NCBI GenBank assembly: GCA_964448075.1
Contig: CAYUUR010000002.1
Coordinates: 645-64,644, forward strand
Direction of reading: 5' to 3'
Origin: an uncultured Candidatus Saccharibacteria bacterium
GTDB lineage: Bacteria > Patescibacteriota > Saccharimonadia > Saccharimonadales > CAYUUR01
DNA length: 64,000 nucleotides
This document shows, one piece after another, positions 19,477-28,192 of this stretch. Both the position numbers and the translations under genes were made by a program. How positions within the stretch are numbered: the stretch's first letter is position 1; each line of letters begins with the position of its first letter. The notes beneath the pieces are model-generated. The model ran no database searches. It was not told where the DNA came from and saw only the letters and a list, made by a program, of their open reading frames with translations.

Positions 19477-20106
19477 TTATTTAGAGCGTTCGACAACGAT
19501 CAGCTTGGTTGTCTCATCGATGTCGGTAGATTTCAGCTTGAGTCGCTCGACAGTCTCAGAAACTTCCATAGACAGCCCGGTAAGCGCGTCAGCCAATGTT
19601 TGTTGTGGTACCTCAAACTTGAGGTCTTTGTCATCGTAATGCGTCGGGATAACAATCTTTGGCTCGATTTTCTTGATGAGCTTGAGCGCGCCAATACTGT
19701 CGAGTGTGTAGCCGTTCCCGCCAACAGGGATAATCAGCACATCAATTACGCCGAGTAGCTCCAGCTGCGCTTCAGTAAGATCAGGGTGAACATGACCAAC
19801 GACAGCCACACGGATATCGTCCATCATGAGCCGATACATCACCGCCGTCCGTTTGCTTTCTTCATCAATATGAGCTCGAGCCTGAACGCCGCGCACGGAG
19901 ATGTCGGCAACCTCATACTCACCAGGAAAGTCTATCGACAGCCGTACTTCCGCAGAAACCGGCTCATGAACCCCTGTAAATAGCGCCACATCACCACTTT
20001 TTGTAACAGACTTGGCTCCGAGTTCGCTCAAATTGTCATCAAAGACCAAAGTAGCCTTTTTGTTAGCGATACGTACGCAATTAGCTCCAAAAAACTGAAT
20101 ATCCAT
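19477..20106 (-). CDS. MBL-fold metal-dependent hydrolase (UPF0173-like)
   Basis: HVHPDLTEAQLELLGVIDVLIIPVGG and THYDD metal-ligand motifs of the beta-lactamase superfamily. Confidence 0.7.
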   Translation of the reverse strand: MDIQFFGANCVRIANKKATLVFDDNLSELGAKSVTKSGDVALFTGVHEPVSAEVRLSIDFPGEYEVADISVRGVQARAHIDEESKRTAVMYRLMMDDIRVAVVGHVHPDLTEAQLELLGVIDVLIIPVGGNGYTLDSIGALKLIKKIEPKIVIPTHYDDKDLKFEVPQQTLADALTGLSMEVSETVERLKLKSTDIDETTKLIVVERSK

Positions 20107-20723
20107 TATTTCTTTTTCTCCTCTTTAGTCTTTTTTTCTGTAAATTCACCGTGTTTGTCTATCAGTACCTGCTTTTTGGCACTCATAACACCGGCCAGAA
20201 ACCTATCGTTAATCTGTTTACGGTATTCGAAGTCGCTAACGCCCATTGATACGTAGCGAATCTCCTTGCCTTCTTTTTTCTCGAATGCAGCGACATATTT
20301 GTCTAGCTTGGTTTGATTGACGTCACCTACTACAAGGAAATCAACGTCTACCACAGTATCGCGCGTAAACACACCCGTCAGCAAAGCAATATCAATGTTA
20401 CCAATTGTTTTGAGCTCTTTGAGGCCATCTTCCTTCTCTTCCCCTTTAACGGTCGGCGTTGCCATGGTCTGACCGCCAAACATTGCTGCGAGAGCTTTGT
20501 AGTGTTCATAATCTTGGTTTACTTCGTAATACAGTCTGTTCTTGTTGTCGTCTGATGAAATAATGCCAATGCTCAGCAGATTGGCTAGTTCGCGGCGCAC
20601 CGAATTAATCTGCTCATCGATCTTGCGTGTGATTTCTCGCACATAGAATGAGCGATTAGGGTTACTACAGAAGAGCTGTAGCAACTTTACCCTCGTTTTA
20701 CTCCCAAAAAGTTGTTCTATCAC
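20106..20723 (-). CDS. winged-helix DNA-binding protein with a C-terminal nucleotidyltransferase-like segment
   Basis: N-terminal wHTH (KLLQLFCSNPNRSFYVREITRKIDEQINSVRRELANL). A G-x9-DVD pattern in the C-terminal half. Stop/start overlap (TAATG) with the downstream gene. Confidence 0.5.
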   Translation of the reverse strand: MIEQLFGSKTRVKLLQLFCSNPNRSFYVREITRKIDEQINSVRRELANLLSIGIISSDDNKNRLYYEVNQDYEHYKALAAMFGGQTMATPTVKGEEKEDGLKELKTIGNIDIALLTGVFTRDTVVDVDFLVVGDVNQTKLDKYVAAFEKKEGKEIRYVSMGVSDFEYRKQINDRFLAGVMSAKKQVLIDKHGEFTEKKTKEEKKK

Positions 20724-20743
20724 GTACCTATTGTAACAAATTG

Positions 20744-21637
20744 TTACGCATTGTCTTGTAGTAAATTTTTAACACGTTCATTCGCTTGTTCAACAGTAGA
20801 AATCCACTGTATATCCGCATTACGCTTAAACCAGGTGCGTTGCCGTTTGGCGAGCTGTTTGTCGTTCTGGGCAAACTGCTTTTTGGCAGTTACTAGGTCA
20901 ATGTCGCCAGCAAAATACGGGCGGAACGCGCGATAACCTGGCGCCTGCAAACCAGGCGCATCCCAGCCATATTTTTGTGCCAAGGACTCAATTTCTTCCA
21001 GTAAACCTGTTGTAACCATGTCATCGATTCTTTTTTCAATCCGTTTTTCTAGTAGTTCTCTGTCGATTTTGAGCCCCAGCACCAAAGTACTACCTCTGAG
21101 GGTTTGGCGATCTGACTGCTGACCACCTGTTTCGAGTGCCCTAATCAGGTGACGGGGATTCTGCGGGTTATTTGGCAGCGGTATACCCTTTGCCGCTAAT
21201 GCTTGTTGTAATTCATCTACAGATAACTTTTCTAGTTTTTGTCTTTCTGCTGGATTAGCTGGTGCCCGAAAGGCAAAATCATACAGTACGGCATCGACAT
21301 ACAAGCCCGTCCCACCAACCATAATTGGCAGCTTGCCGCGTGCCAAAATGTCAGCAATTGCCGCCTCGGCCTGAGCCTTAAAGTCGGCTGCGCTGAAACG
21401 CTGGTCAGGCGTTATAACGTCCAAAATGTGGTGCGGTATCAATGATCGGTCGGCAGCCGAAGGCTTGGCTGTGCCGATATCCATGCCTGTATACACGGTA
21501 CGCGAATCAGCACAGATAATCTCGCCGTTGAACTCGTGGGCTAGCTCTATAGCCATGGCCGACTTGCCGCTGGCGGTCTCGCCCACTACGACCACAAGGG
21601 GTCGTAGGGCTGAGGAAATGGCTACTTGGGATGCCAT
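20744..21637 (-). CDS. miaA: tRNA dimethylallyltransferase
   Basis: P-loop VVVVGETASGKSAMAIELA, DSRTVYTGMDIGTAKP and MVGGTGLY are canonical MiaA. Confidence 0.92.
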   Translation of the reverse strand: MASQVAISSALRPLVVVVGETASGKSAMAIELAHEFNGEIICADSRTVYTGMDIGTAKPSAADRSLIPHHILDVITPDQRFSAADFKAQAEAAIADILARGKLPIMVGGTGLYVDAVLYDFAFRAPANPAERQKLEKLSVDELQQALAAKGIPLPNNPQNPRHLIRALETGGQQSDRQTLRGSTLVLGLKIDRELLEKRIEKRIDDMVTTGLLEEIESLAQKYGWDAPGLQAPGYRAFRPYFAGDIDLVTAKKQFAQNDKQLAKRQRTWFKRNADIQWISTVEQANERVKNLLQDNA

Positions 21638-21933
21638 TGAAGTTGCCTTATGTTTATACGATATTGCTCATCTACAGCGACGCCTTCTTGGCGCAATACT
21701 TGCGCGTGGCCTTCGGTGCCACCGGGGAAGCCTTCGGCCAATGAGCCGTCCTTCTTGACGACGCGTTGCCAGGGCAAGCTCTGGTCTCCCCAGTGCGCCA
21801 CGCCCCCAACAACACGCGCCGATCGTGGGCTACCACACAGCGCTGCAATCTGGCCATAGGTCATAACTCGACCCTTAGGGATTTGCGACACGATCGCATA
21901 TACCCTATCCCGAAAGGTATTGTCAGGCTTCAT
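21622..21933 (-). CDS. alkyltransferase-like protein (ATL; MGMT DNA-binding fold with Cys->Trp)
   Basis: YGQIAALCGSPRSARVVGGV is the HTH and Arg finger of the O6-alkylguanine transferase fold. The active-site PCHRV is replaced by PWQRVV. Overlaps the miaA start and the thrS end. Confidence 0.7.
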   Translation of the reverse strand: MKPDNTFRDRVYAIVSQIPKGRVMTYGQIAALCGSPRSARVVGGVAHWGDQSLPWQRVVKKDGSLAEGFPGGTEGHAQVLRQEGVAVDEQYRINIRQLQWHPK

Positions 21934-23803
21934 GCTTGGTTTTTACCCCTTGGAGTGAGGTATGGCTGGTGCGAGCTTTGGTCTCGTTGGCCACTGTACC
22001 GAGGAACTCATCGATCGTGACTGGTGTTTGCTGGGTCTGGACTTCGATGTCTTTACGCACACGCGGCACGACTTCGCCACTGGCAACTTCTTTTTCACCT
22101 ATCACCAATGCGTATGGCACTTTCATCATCTCAGCAGCACGGATTTTCTTGCCAACCGACTCATTACTGTTATCGATGGTCGCGCGCAAGCCCTTAGCCT
22201 TGGCTTTCTCTAAGAATTCTTCAGCACATTTTACGGTTGGTTCTTCTTGGTTCACTGTAATGAGTCTGACTTGTTCTGGCGCTAACCACACCGGGAACTT
22301 CCCAGCAGTATGCTCAATGTACACTGAGAAGAAGCGGTCAAAACTGCCCATGATTGCACAGTGAATCATGATTGGCCGCTGTTTTTCGCCCTTTTCATCA
22401 ATGTAGACTAGCTCGAAGCGCTCTGGTTGAACAAAGTCAAACTGCACCGTTGCCACCTGCCAAACGCGACCAATGGCGTCTTTGGCCATGAAATCGAGCT
22501 TTGGACCATAGAATGCGGCCTCACCTTCTTCGGCGTAATATTCGAGCTTGTTGCGACCGGCTATCTCAGCAAGTTTCTTCTGACCAAAATCCCAAAGCTT
22601 TTGCGGCCCAAGGTATGACTCACTGTCATCTCTCAGGGATAATCGCAAATGAAGCTCCATATCAATCGCCGCATAGAACTCTTGAATCTTCTCTATCAGC
22701 TGGTCAAAAATCTCATCCACCTGATCTGGGCGGCAATACGTATGACTATCATCTTGAGTCAAAGACCGCACCCGTGAAAGGCCATGCAGTTCACCGGTTT
22801 TTTCATCTCGGTAGTTTGTAGTTGTCTCCATTAACTTCACCGGTAGATCACGGTAACTACGTGGTTTCGCAGCATAAATCTGGGCATGATGCGGGCAGTT
22901 CATCGGCTTCATTACAAGCTCATCGGTAGTTTCCTGGCTTTTTACTAGAAACAGCTCATCGCCAAACTTATCCCAGTGCCCTGACTTCTCATACAAATCT
23001 TTCTTTGTAATATGTGGTGACCAGACACGCTCAAAACCGAGCTGTTCGCGGACCTCTTCAGAGAAGTTAATCAAGCCATTCCGTATGTAGGTACCTCGCG
23101 GAGTATAGAGAGGTAGCCCGCTGCCGACTAAATCAGAGAAGATAAACAGGTCAAGTTCTTGACCGAGTTTGCGGTGATCGCGCTTCTTGGCTTCCTCAAG
23201 CATGTTGAGGTACTGACGGAGTTCTTTATCGGTCGCAAAAGCGACGCCGTAAAGGCGCTGCATCTGGGGATTACCTTCTTTGCCACGCCAGTAGGCGCCG
23301 GCGACACGCATCAGCTTGAAGGCTCCGACTTTTCCGGTTGATTCTACGTGCGGTCCACGGCAGAGATCTATGAAGTCACCATTTTGATAGAACGAAACCG
23401 CGTCCATTTTACTGTCGCCTTCGGTGATTGTGCCCAGCTCATCAGCGTCAAGATCTTTGGCAACAGTGGTACCGGCGCGCTTGAGGTCATTCAGTAGCTC
23501 TGATTTATACGGCTGATTGACGTCCTTTGCCCATTTGATCGCTTCGTCTATATCCATCATCGACTTCTTGAAACTCTGATCAGCCTTGATGACATTATGC
23601 ATTTCCTTTTCTATCTTCGGAAAATCCTCTTCAGAAATCTTGGTCTCACCAAGGTCAATATCATAATAAAAGCCGTTTTCTACGACTGGACCAACGCCAA
23701 GCTTAGCCTCTGGCCACAAGGTGGTCACAGCGGTCGCCATAATATGCGCGAGCGAATGTCGCATCGCATGTAGTTGATCTTCTTTGGACTGTTTGTCAGC
23801 CAT
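21923..23803 (-). CDS. thrS: threonine--tRNA ligase
   Basis: 626 aa with TGS, editing, class II core (HRKLGQELDLF, motifs 2 and 3) and anticodon-binding domains. Confidence 0.97.
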   Translation of the reverse strand: MADKQSKEDQLHAMRHSLAHIMATAVTTLWPEAKLGVGPVVENGFYYDIDLGETKISEEDFPKIEKEMHNVIKADQSFKKSMMDIDEAIKWAKDVNQPYKSELLNDLKRAGTTVAKDLDADELGTITEGDSKMDAVSFYQNGDFIDLCRGPHVESTGKVGAFKLMRVAGAYWRGKEGNPQMQRLYGVAFATDKELRQYLNMLEEAKKRDHRKLGQELDLFIFSDLVGSGLPLYTPRGTYIRNGLINFSEEVREQLGFERVWSPHITKKDLYEKSGHWDKFGDELFLVKSQETTDELVMKPMNCPHHAQIYAAKPRSYRDLPVKLMETTTNYRDEKTGELHGLSRVRSLTQDDSHTYCRPDQVDEIFDQLIEKIQEFYAAIDMELHLRLSLRDDSESYLGPQKLWDFGQKKLAEIAGRNKLEYYAEEGEAAFYGPKLDFMAKDAIGRVWQVATVQFDFVQPERFELVYIDEKGEKQRPIMIHCAIMGSFDRFFSVYIEHTAGKFPVWLAPEQVRLITVNQEEPTVKCAEEFLEKAKAKGLRATIDNSNESVGKKIRAAEMMKVPYALVIGEKEVASGEVVPRVRKDIEVQTQQTPVTIDEFLGTVANETKARTSHTSLQGVKTKHEA

Positions 23804-23834
23804 GCTGCTCTCCTTATGGTTTTGTAAGTTTTTA

Positions 23835-23920
23835 GAAATAAAAAGCGCGCTGATTGTACGACATGTACTACCAAGCGCGTCTCGGGTCCAGAATAGCTTC
23901 TAGACGGTTCCACCGGACTT
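23835..23920 (-). promoter_or_regulatory. candidate T-box riboswitch core (T-box sequence plus intrinsic terminator) in the thrS leader
   Basis: Minus-strand leader has GUCCGGUGGAACCGUC (consensus core GGUGGNACCG, N=A). It is followed by GCGCGCU...AGCGCGC-UUUUUAUUU about 35 nt before the thrS SD/ATG. The full leader runs to about 24266. Confidence 0.4.
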
Positions 23921-24266
23921 TTACTTATGATGCTCGTGTTATCGCACACCGCAACCGATAAAGCGAAGCTCCGTGGATGGTGAGGCCACATCAATGCTCG
24001 GTTTCTACTATATCATACCCCTGTTTAGTCATGCAATTATCCCTCAAAATAAAACAAGCGCCGTTCAAAGATTCTCGCAATTATCTTCGAAAGCGCTTGC
24101 ATAAAGCACCGATCAAAACCCTCACACATCAATGAGTATACAGTACTGGTATGATAAGGCTAGTACTTTAATATTGTCTTTTTCACATTCTTCCTGGGGA
24201 TAGAATAAATACCATTTACGATATAAAGAATGTCGGTAGTTTACGATTCGTACCTATGATAGAATC

Positions 24267-24965
24267 ATGTACATGAAGTCTAGGTGGTACGAATCTAAGG
24301 ACGAAGCAGTCGCTATGCGCAAGAACGGCGTCTCGATGACGCAAATCGAACGCAAGCTTGGTATACCCAGATCTACACTGTCAGGCTGGTTTAAGAATAT
24401 TCAACTAACCGAAGAGCAGCGGACTCGGCTGATGCAGAACAGCCGTGACGGGTGGCAAAAAGCACGCCAGCGGGCTGTCGAAGCGCACAATACAAAAAAG
24501 AGCTTACGGCTGATGAACGCCGAAAACGAAGCTTTAGCAGTATTGGACAAAATTGATATGTCACCCGAGGTACTCGACCTTGCGTTCGCGATGCTTTACT
24601 TCGGTGAAGGCGCTAAGAAAAACTTAACTGCAATCGGCAGCTCTGACCCAGTTATGCTACGGTTTGCTCTACTTGTTCTCAAGAAGAACTACGGATTATC
24701 TACTGATGTCATGCGCTTTGATCTCCATCTTCGAGCCGATCAAGATGCTGCAACTTCAAAACAATACTGGGCACAAGAGCTAAATGTGCCGATAGAAAAG
24801 TTTAACTACGTAGCATTTGACAAAAGAACTATCGGTAAACCGACAAGGGATGGTTACAAAGGCGTGTGTTTGATCGCATGCGGGAACATCGCTATTCAAA
24901 GAAAGCTGATTTATCTGTATAATCACTTCTGTGAAAAAGTCGCAAGGCTTGATGAGGGCACGTAG
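24267..24965 (+). CDS. HTH-domain protein, possible degenerate LAGLIDADG-type homing-endonuclease-like selfish gene
   Basis: N-terminal resolvase/transposase-type HTH (GVSMTQIERKLGIPRSTLSGWFKNI). FAMLYFGEG resembles a degenerate LAGLIDADG motif. The stop codon lies inside the first 10 nt of tRNA-Val. Confidence 0.5.
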   Translation: MYMKSRWYESKDEAVAMRKNGVSMTQIERKLGIPRSTLSGWFKNIQLTEEQRTRLMQNSRDGWQKARQRAVEAHNTKKSLRLMNAENEALAVLDKIDMSPEVLDLAFAMLYFGEGAKKNLTAIGSSDPVMLRFALLVLKKNYGLSTDVMRFDLHLRADQDAATSKQYWAQELNVPIEKFNYVAFDKRTIGKPTRDGYKGVCLIACGNIAIQRKLIYLYNHFCEKVARLDEGT

Positions 24966-25032
24966 CTCAGTTGGCTAGAGCGCTTCCTTGACGTGGAAGA
25001 GGTCGGGGATTCGAGTTCCTCCGTGCCCACCA
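24956..25032 (+). tRNA. tRNA-Val (anticodon GAC)
   Basis: Acceptor GGGCACG/CGTGCCC, D arm GCTC-AGTTGGCTA-GAGC, anticodon arm CTTCC-TTGACGT-GGAAG, T arm GGGGA-TTCGAGT-TCCTC, encoded CCA. Confidence 0.9.
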
Positions 25033-25094
25033 TTATTTTAAAGTCGGTCCTGTACCGGCTTTTTGTTATAGTAAGAGTACTTGAAGGAGTAATT

Positions 25095-25298
25095 ATGGAT
25101 TCACAGATAGAACGATTATTGAACGAGATACAGCAACTGATTGCACATATGGAGCGTGAAACGAGAGAAACTGAGGATTACACTCGCAAGAACGACTATA
25201 GTAATGCGCTGCGTAACGCCAACGAATCACGCGATGAGATGCAAAACCTTACCCAGAGGTACCAGCAGCTGATTCAACTCCTTAACAACCGTCGCTAG
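25095..25298 (+). CDS. small coiled-coil protein, hypothetical
   Basis: 67 aa starting MDSQIERLLNEIQQLIAHMERE with AAGGAG 7 nt upstream. The track ORF from 24993 overlaps tRNA-Val and is trimmed. Confidence 0.45.
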   Translation: MDSQIERLLNEIQQLIAHMERETRETEDYTRKNDYSNALRNANESRDEMQNLTQRYQQLIQLLNNRR

Positions 25299-25749
25299 AC
25301 GGCACTTCCACTCGTTTGAGAATAACCGCACCCGGATAATCCCTAGTAATGTTTTGTTGCGGCTTCTCTTTTACAATCAAACCAGCTACCCCAGTATCCA
25401 AAACCGCTCCACAGAACGCATCCGGCAGTTCTGGCTCAGAGTACAGTGGGTGCAATGATGTATCTACCAGCAGTTCAACATCAAGCTGGGCGGCAACAAG
25501 CTCAGCAATCACACGTGGGCTATCATGAAACACGCGTGCGTAACTTCCCGGATACCGCTGACCGATCTGCCGCAGTGAACGCAGCATTGTGGGCGGAATA
25601 TCATAAATGCCAACATCGCACATATTTGTCTCTGCTTCGTCAATAGTGACGGTGCCTGCCATCAACTCATCGAAACCAAAAACACGCAGCTCGGGCCACG
25701 CCGCAAAGGCTCCTGTTACTAGATCATACTTCTCATATTGACTCGCCAT
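25282..25749 (-). CDS. hypothetical protein
   Basis: 155-aa ORF with no recognisable motif; converges on the small coiled-coil ORF. Confidence 0.45.
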   Translation of the reverse strand: MASQYEKYDLVTGAFAAWPELRVFGFDELMAGTVTIDEAETNMCDVGIYDIPPTMLRSLRQIGQRYPGSYARVFHDSPRVIAELVAAQLDVELLVDTSLHPLYSEPELPDAFCGAVLDTGVAGLIVKEKPQQNITRDYPGAVILKRVEVPSSDGC

Positions 25750-25817
25750 ACTACCCCTTACTCACCCAGACATCTTGACATGGTTGAAGTATAGCATTCA
25801 CTTCACTATCTCACGTT

Positions 25818-26594
25818 CTAGGGCTTGTCTGCCTTAATCCATAAACCTTCAAAGAGTATCTTTAGCAAGTCATAGTACTCCGACGATTCTACTAGCAGAC
25901 CTTCTTGTTGGTCATAAGAACTAATCATGGCAATTGAGTCATCAAACAGAATCATCATCGACTTAAACCTACCGATGTATTCTTGCGGCAAATAGCGTGG
26001 TTTTCGGCTGATAATGTCATGTAGATTGAGCTCACCACGCCCGAGTTTTTGTTCCCACAAGCTACGACTGACAATTCCCTGCATCTCTCTGGTCTTTTTG
26101 AAGTACTGAATATACGCGGCCTCACTACTGGCGATAAAGTTATCCTTTGGTGCAATGATATCCCAACGCTTAGTCCGACAATACAACGCCATGTCGATAA
26201 GCCGTCTCACCTCTGCTTCGCCACGATATTGATGCACCGAAAGCTTCGCGTCCGTCTGAACAGATTGCTTTGGAAACAGCGGCAAAAACGCTGCAAGCTG
26301 GCGTTCTTGTTCCGACAAGTCACCGATCTTAGCGTGTAAGTAGCCCGTAATGTCAGTTGGTGGCCGCATAACATAGACGAGTTCGCGGCCAGTTTTTGTC
26401 TCATTTGCTAAACCCTTAACTACGAGTGCATTAAGGGCGTGATACGCGGTTGGACGCTTAATACCCGTAAGAGAAACGAGCTCATTAACCCCTGTTTCTC
26501 CTGCCTTTAAACCGGCAAGATACAGGGTAACTTCACTTGGACTTAAGCCAATTTGCTGCAGGTATGCTTCGATACTATTCATATTATGAATCAA
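25818..26594 (-). CDS. TrmB-family transcriptional regulator
   Basis: N-terminal wHTH of TrmB type (LSPSEVTLYLAGLKAGETGVNELVSLTGIKRPTAYHALNALVVKGL) plus a C-terminal effector-like domain. Confidence 0.7.
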   Translation of the reverse strand: MIHNMNSIEAYLQQIGLSPSEVTLYLAGLKAGETGVNELVSLTGIKRPTAYHALNALVVKGLANETKTGRELVYVMRPPTDITGYLHAKIGDLSEQERQLAAFLPLFPKQSVQTDAKLSVHQYRGEAEVRRLIDMALYCRTKRWDIIAPKDNFIASSEAAYIQYFKKTREMQGIVSRSLWEQKLGRGELNLHDIISRKPRYLPQEYIGRFKSMMILFDDSIAMISSYDQQEGLLVESSEYYDLLKILFEGLWIKADKP

Positions 26595-26721
26595 TATTAT
26601 AATAGATTCTCATCAAATAACACCTTAAATTTTACAAATTACAACTTTGTCTTATATTCTCACCTATTCTAGATTGTAGAAGTATTTCATGCTGTAGCCA
26701 CTAAATAAGGAGAGCAAGACC

Positions 26722-27420
26722 ATGGAATACCCAGGCAACACAACACAAGTAGAGCAGCGCGATATCGTGATAACTGCTGGCGGTACACGAGAGCAGATTG
26801 ACGACGTGCGATTCGTTAGCAACTTTTCTGGTGGCGCACTCGGCCACGCGCTTGCAGAAGAATGTGCGTCTTATGACAGAAACGTACTACTACTGGCACC
26901 CCGGGCTGTTACTGATAGATACGGCGAAATTGAAGGCGTGGAGCACCGCACGTTTTCAAGCTGTGCGGATTTAGACGAGAAACTCAAATCGATCAAGTCA
27001 GCCCGCGTCGTCATGCAGGCAGCGGCTGTCGCGGACTACTCACCTGTCGTCAGTGAAGGCAAAATAAGCTCAAACGAGGACGAGCTTGTCATTAGGATGC
27101 GGCGTAACCCAAAAATTTTGGCGAGTCTCCGTGAGCATTTTGGCAAACATACCTATATAGTCGGCTTCAAACTTCTGAGTGGGGTCAGTTCTGGTGAGCT
27201 GCTGGAAACAGCACGAACCCAAATTGCCGCTAACCGCACTGACATGTGCGTCGCAAACGACCTGAAAAGCATTCACCCTCGTACGCGCACCGTCTATGCT
27301 GTGCCAAGAGGTCAATACCCATCTATGCGCATAAATGGAACCACACGCGACGTTGCGCGACACCTAACATCGCATGTGCTACTGATGAGCGCCGCGCGTG
27401 AAGGAGTGAACCATGGCTAA
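26722..27420 (+). CDS. coaB: phosphopantothenate--cysteine ligase (CoaB domain, stand-alone)
   Basis: ITAGGTREQIDDVRFVSNFSGGALG, AAVADY, RRNPKI, IVGFKLL and CVANDL align motif-by-motif with the CoaB half of CoaBC. Confidence 0.8.
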   Translation: MEYPGNTTQVEQRDIVITAGGTREQIDDVRFVSNFSGGALGHALAEECASYDRNVLLLAPRAVTDRYGEIEGVEHRTFSSCADLDEKLKSIKSARVVMQAAAVADYSPVVSEGKISSNEDELVIRMRRNPKILASLREHFGKHTYIVGFKLLSGVSSGELLETARTQIAANRTDMCVANDLKSIHPRTRTVYAVPRGQYPSMRINGTTRDVARHLTSHVLLMSAAREGVNHG

Positions 27421-28192
27421 CTTTGGTATGTACATCGAGGGGAAACGTGGAAATATCGGCAGAGATCTGGCGGAGCTAGCCACAGAATCAGGTGTCGAAC
27501 TATGTCAGAATCCGCAAGATGCTGAATTTGTGGCACTCTGCGTTCCCGCTCACGCCGCACAGGACATCCTTGACGCCAAAACGCATAGAGACCGCGTCGT
27601 CATCGACTTTTCTGGCGCGGCAAAACGCAGTCGTATAGGCCAATACGGGCTTATGCTACGTGGGTCTGAACCCTGGGACTCTAACCTGAACCGTCATGCA
27701 CGCGTATTTGGCAACCCAGGTTGTATTGCATCGGCTGTTATTAAGGGGCTCCATGTCAGTGGAATCAAAGACCAGAACCCCCGTGAAATCAGTGTCTTTG
27801 CAGTTGGTGGCAGCTCCTACGCTCATGAAATCAGCCCATCTGAAATCAGGCTGGCTAAGCGACTGATCGAGCATCCGCATGTCACCGAGATTGAGACGGC
27901 GCTCGGTGGCATTACAAGGGTGAGGAGTTTCATGCCAGCTGTCTCCGGCGGCGTCGAAAGAGGCTTGCTGGTAGGCGTGACGGGAAAGGTCGAAAGTATA
28001 GTTGGAGCAAACAAGGGAGTTGCCGAGCTTGGCGTACAAGACGTCTCAGAGACAGCAGTGCTAAAGCACCGACTCGAAACACGAGAGGCCGCAGGTGGGT
28101 ACGAATTCTCACTGGGAGTAGTCATCGATAACTTACGCTTTGTCACCCAGAACGCTGTGGACTTAATGCGTTACGTTACGGAGAAAGCTTAA
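27413..28192 (+). CDS. ArgC/LysY-like semialdehyde-dehydrogenase-family oxidoreductase
   Basis: N-terminal dinucleotide fold and the active-site signature VFGNPGCIASAVIKGLHV (NAGP-reductase pattern xGNPGC). Overlaps the coaB-like gene by 8 nt. Confidence 0.6.
   Translation: MANFGMYIEGKRGNIGRDLAELATESGVELCQNPQDAEFVALCVPAHAAQDILDAKTHRDRVVIDFSGAAKRSRIGQYGLMLRGSEPWDSNLNRHARVFGNPGCIASAVIKGLHVSGIKDQNPREISVFAVGGSSYAHEISPSEIRLAKRLIEHPHVTEIETALGGITRVRSFMPAVSGGVERGLLVGVTGKVESIVGANKGVAELGVQDVSETAVLKHRLETREAAGGYEFSLGVVIDNLRFVTQNAVDLMRYVTEKA

Noticed and set aside
21936-23341. Plus-strand ORFs inside thrS
   Set aside because: They are antisense to the fully supported thrS frame and have no motifs.
24993-25094. 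5' extension of the small coiled-coil ORF
   Set aside because: It overlaps tRNA-Val. An ATG with AAGGAG at 25095 gives a cleaner start.
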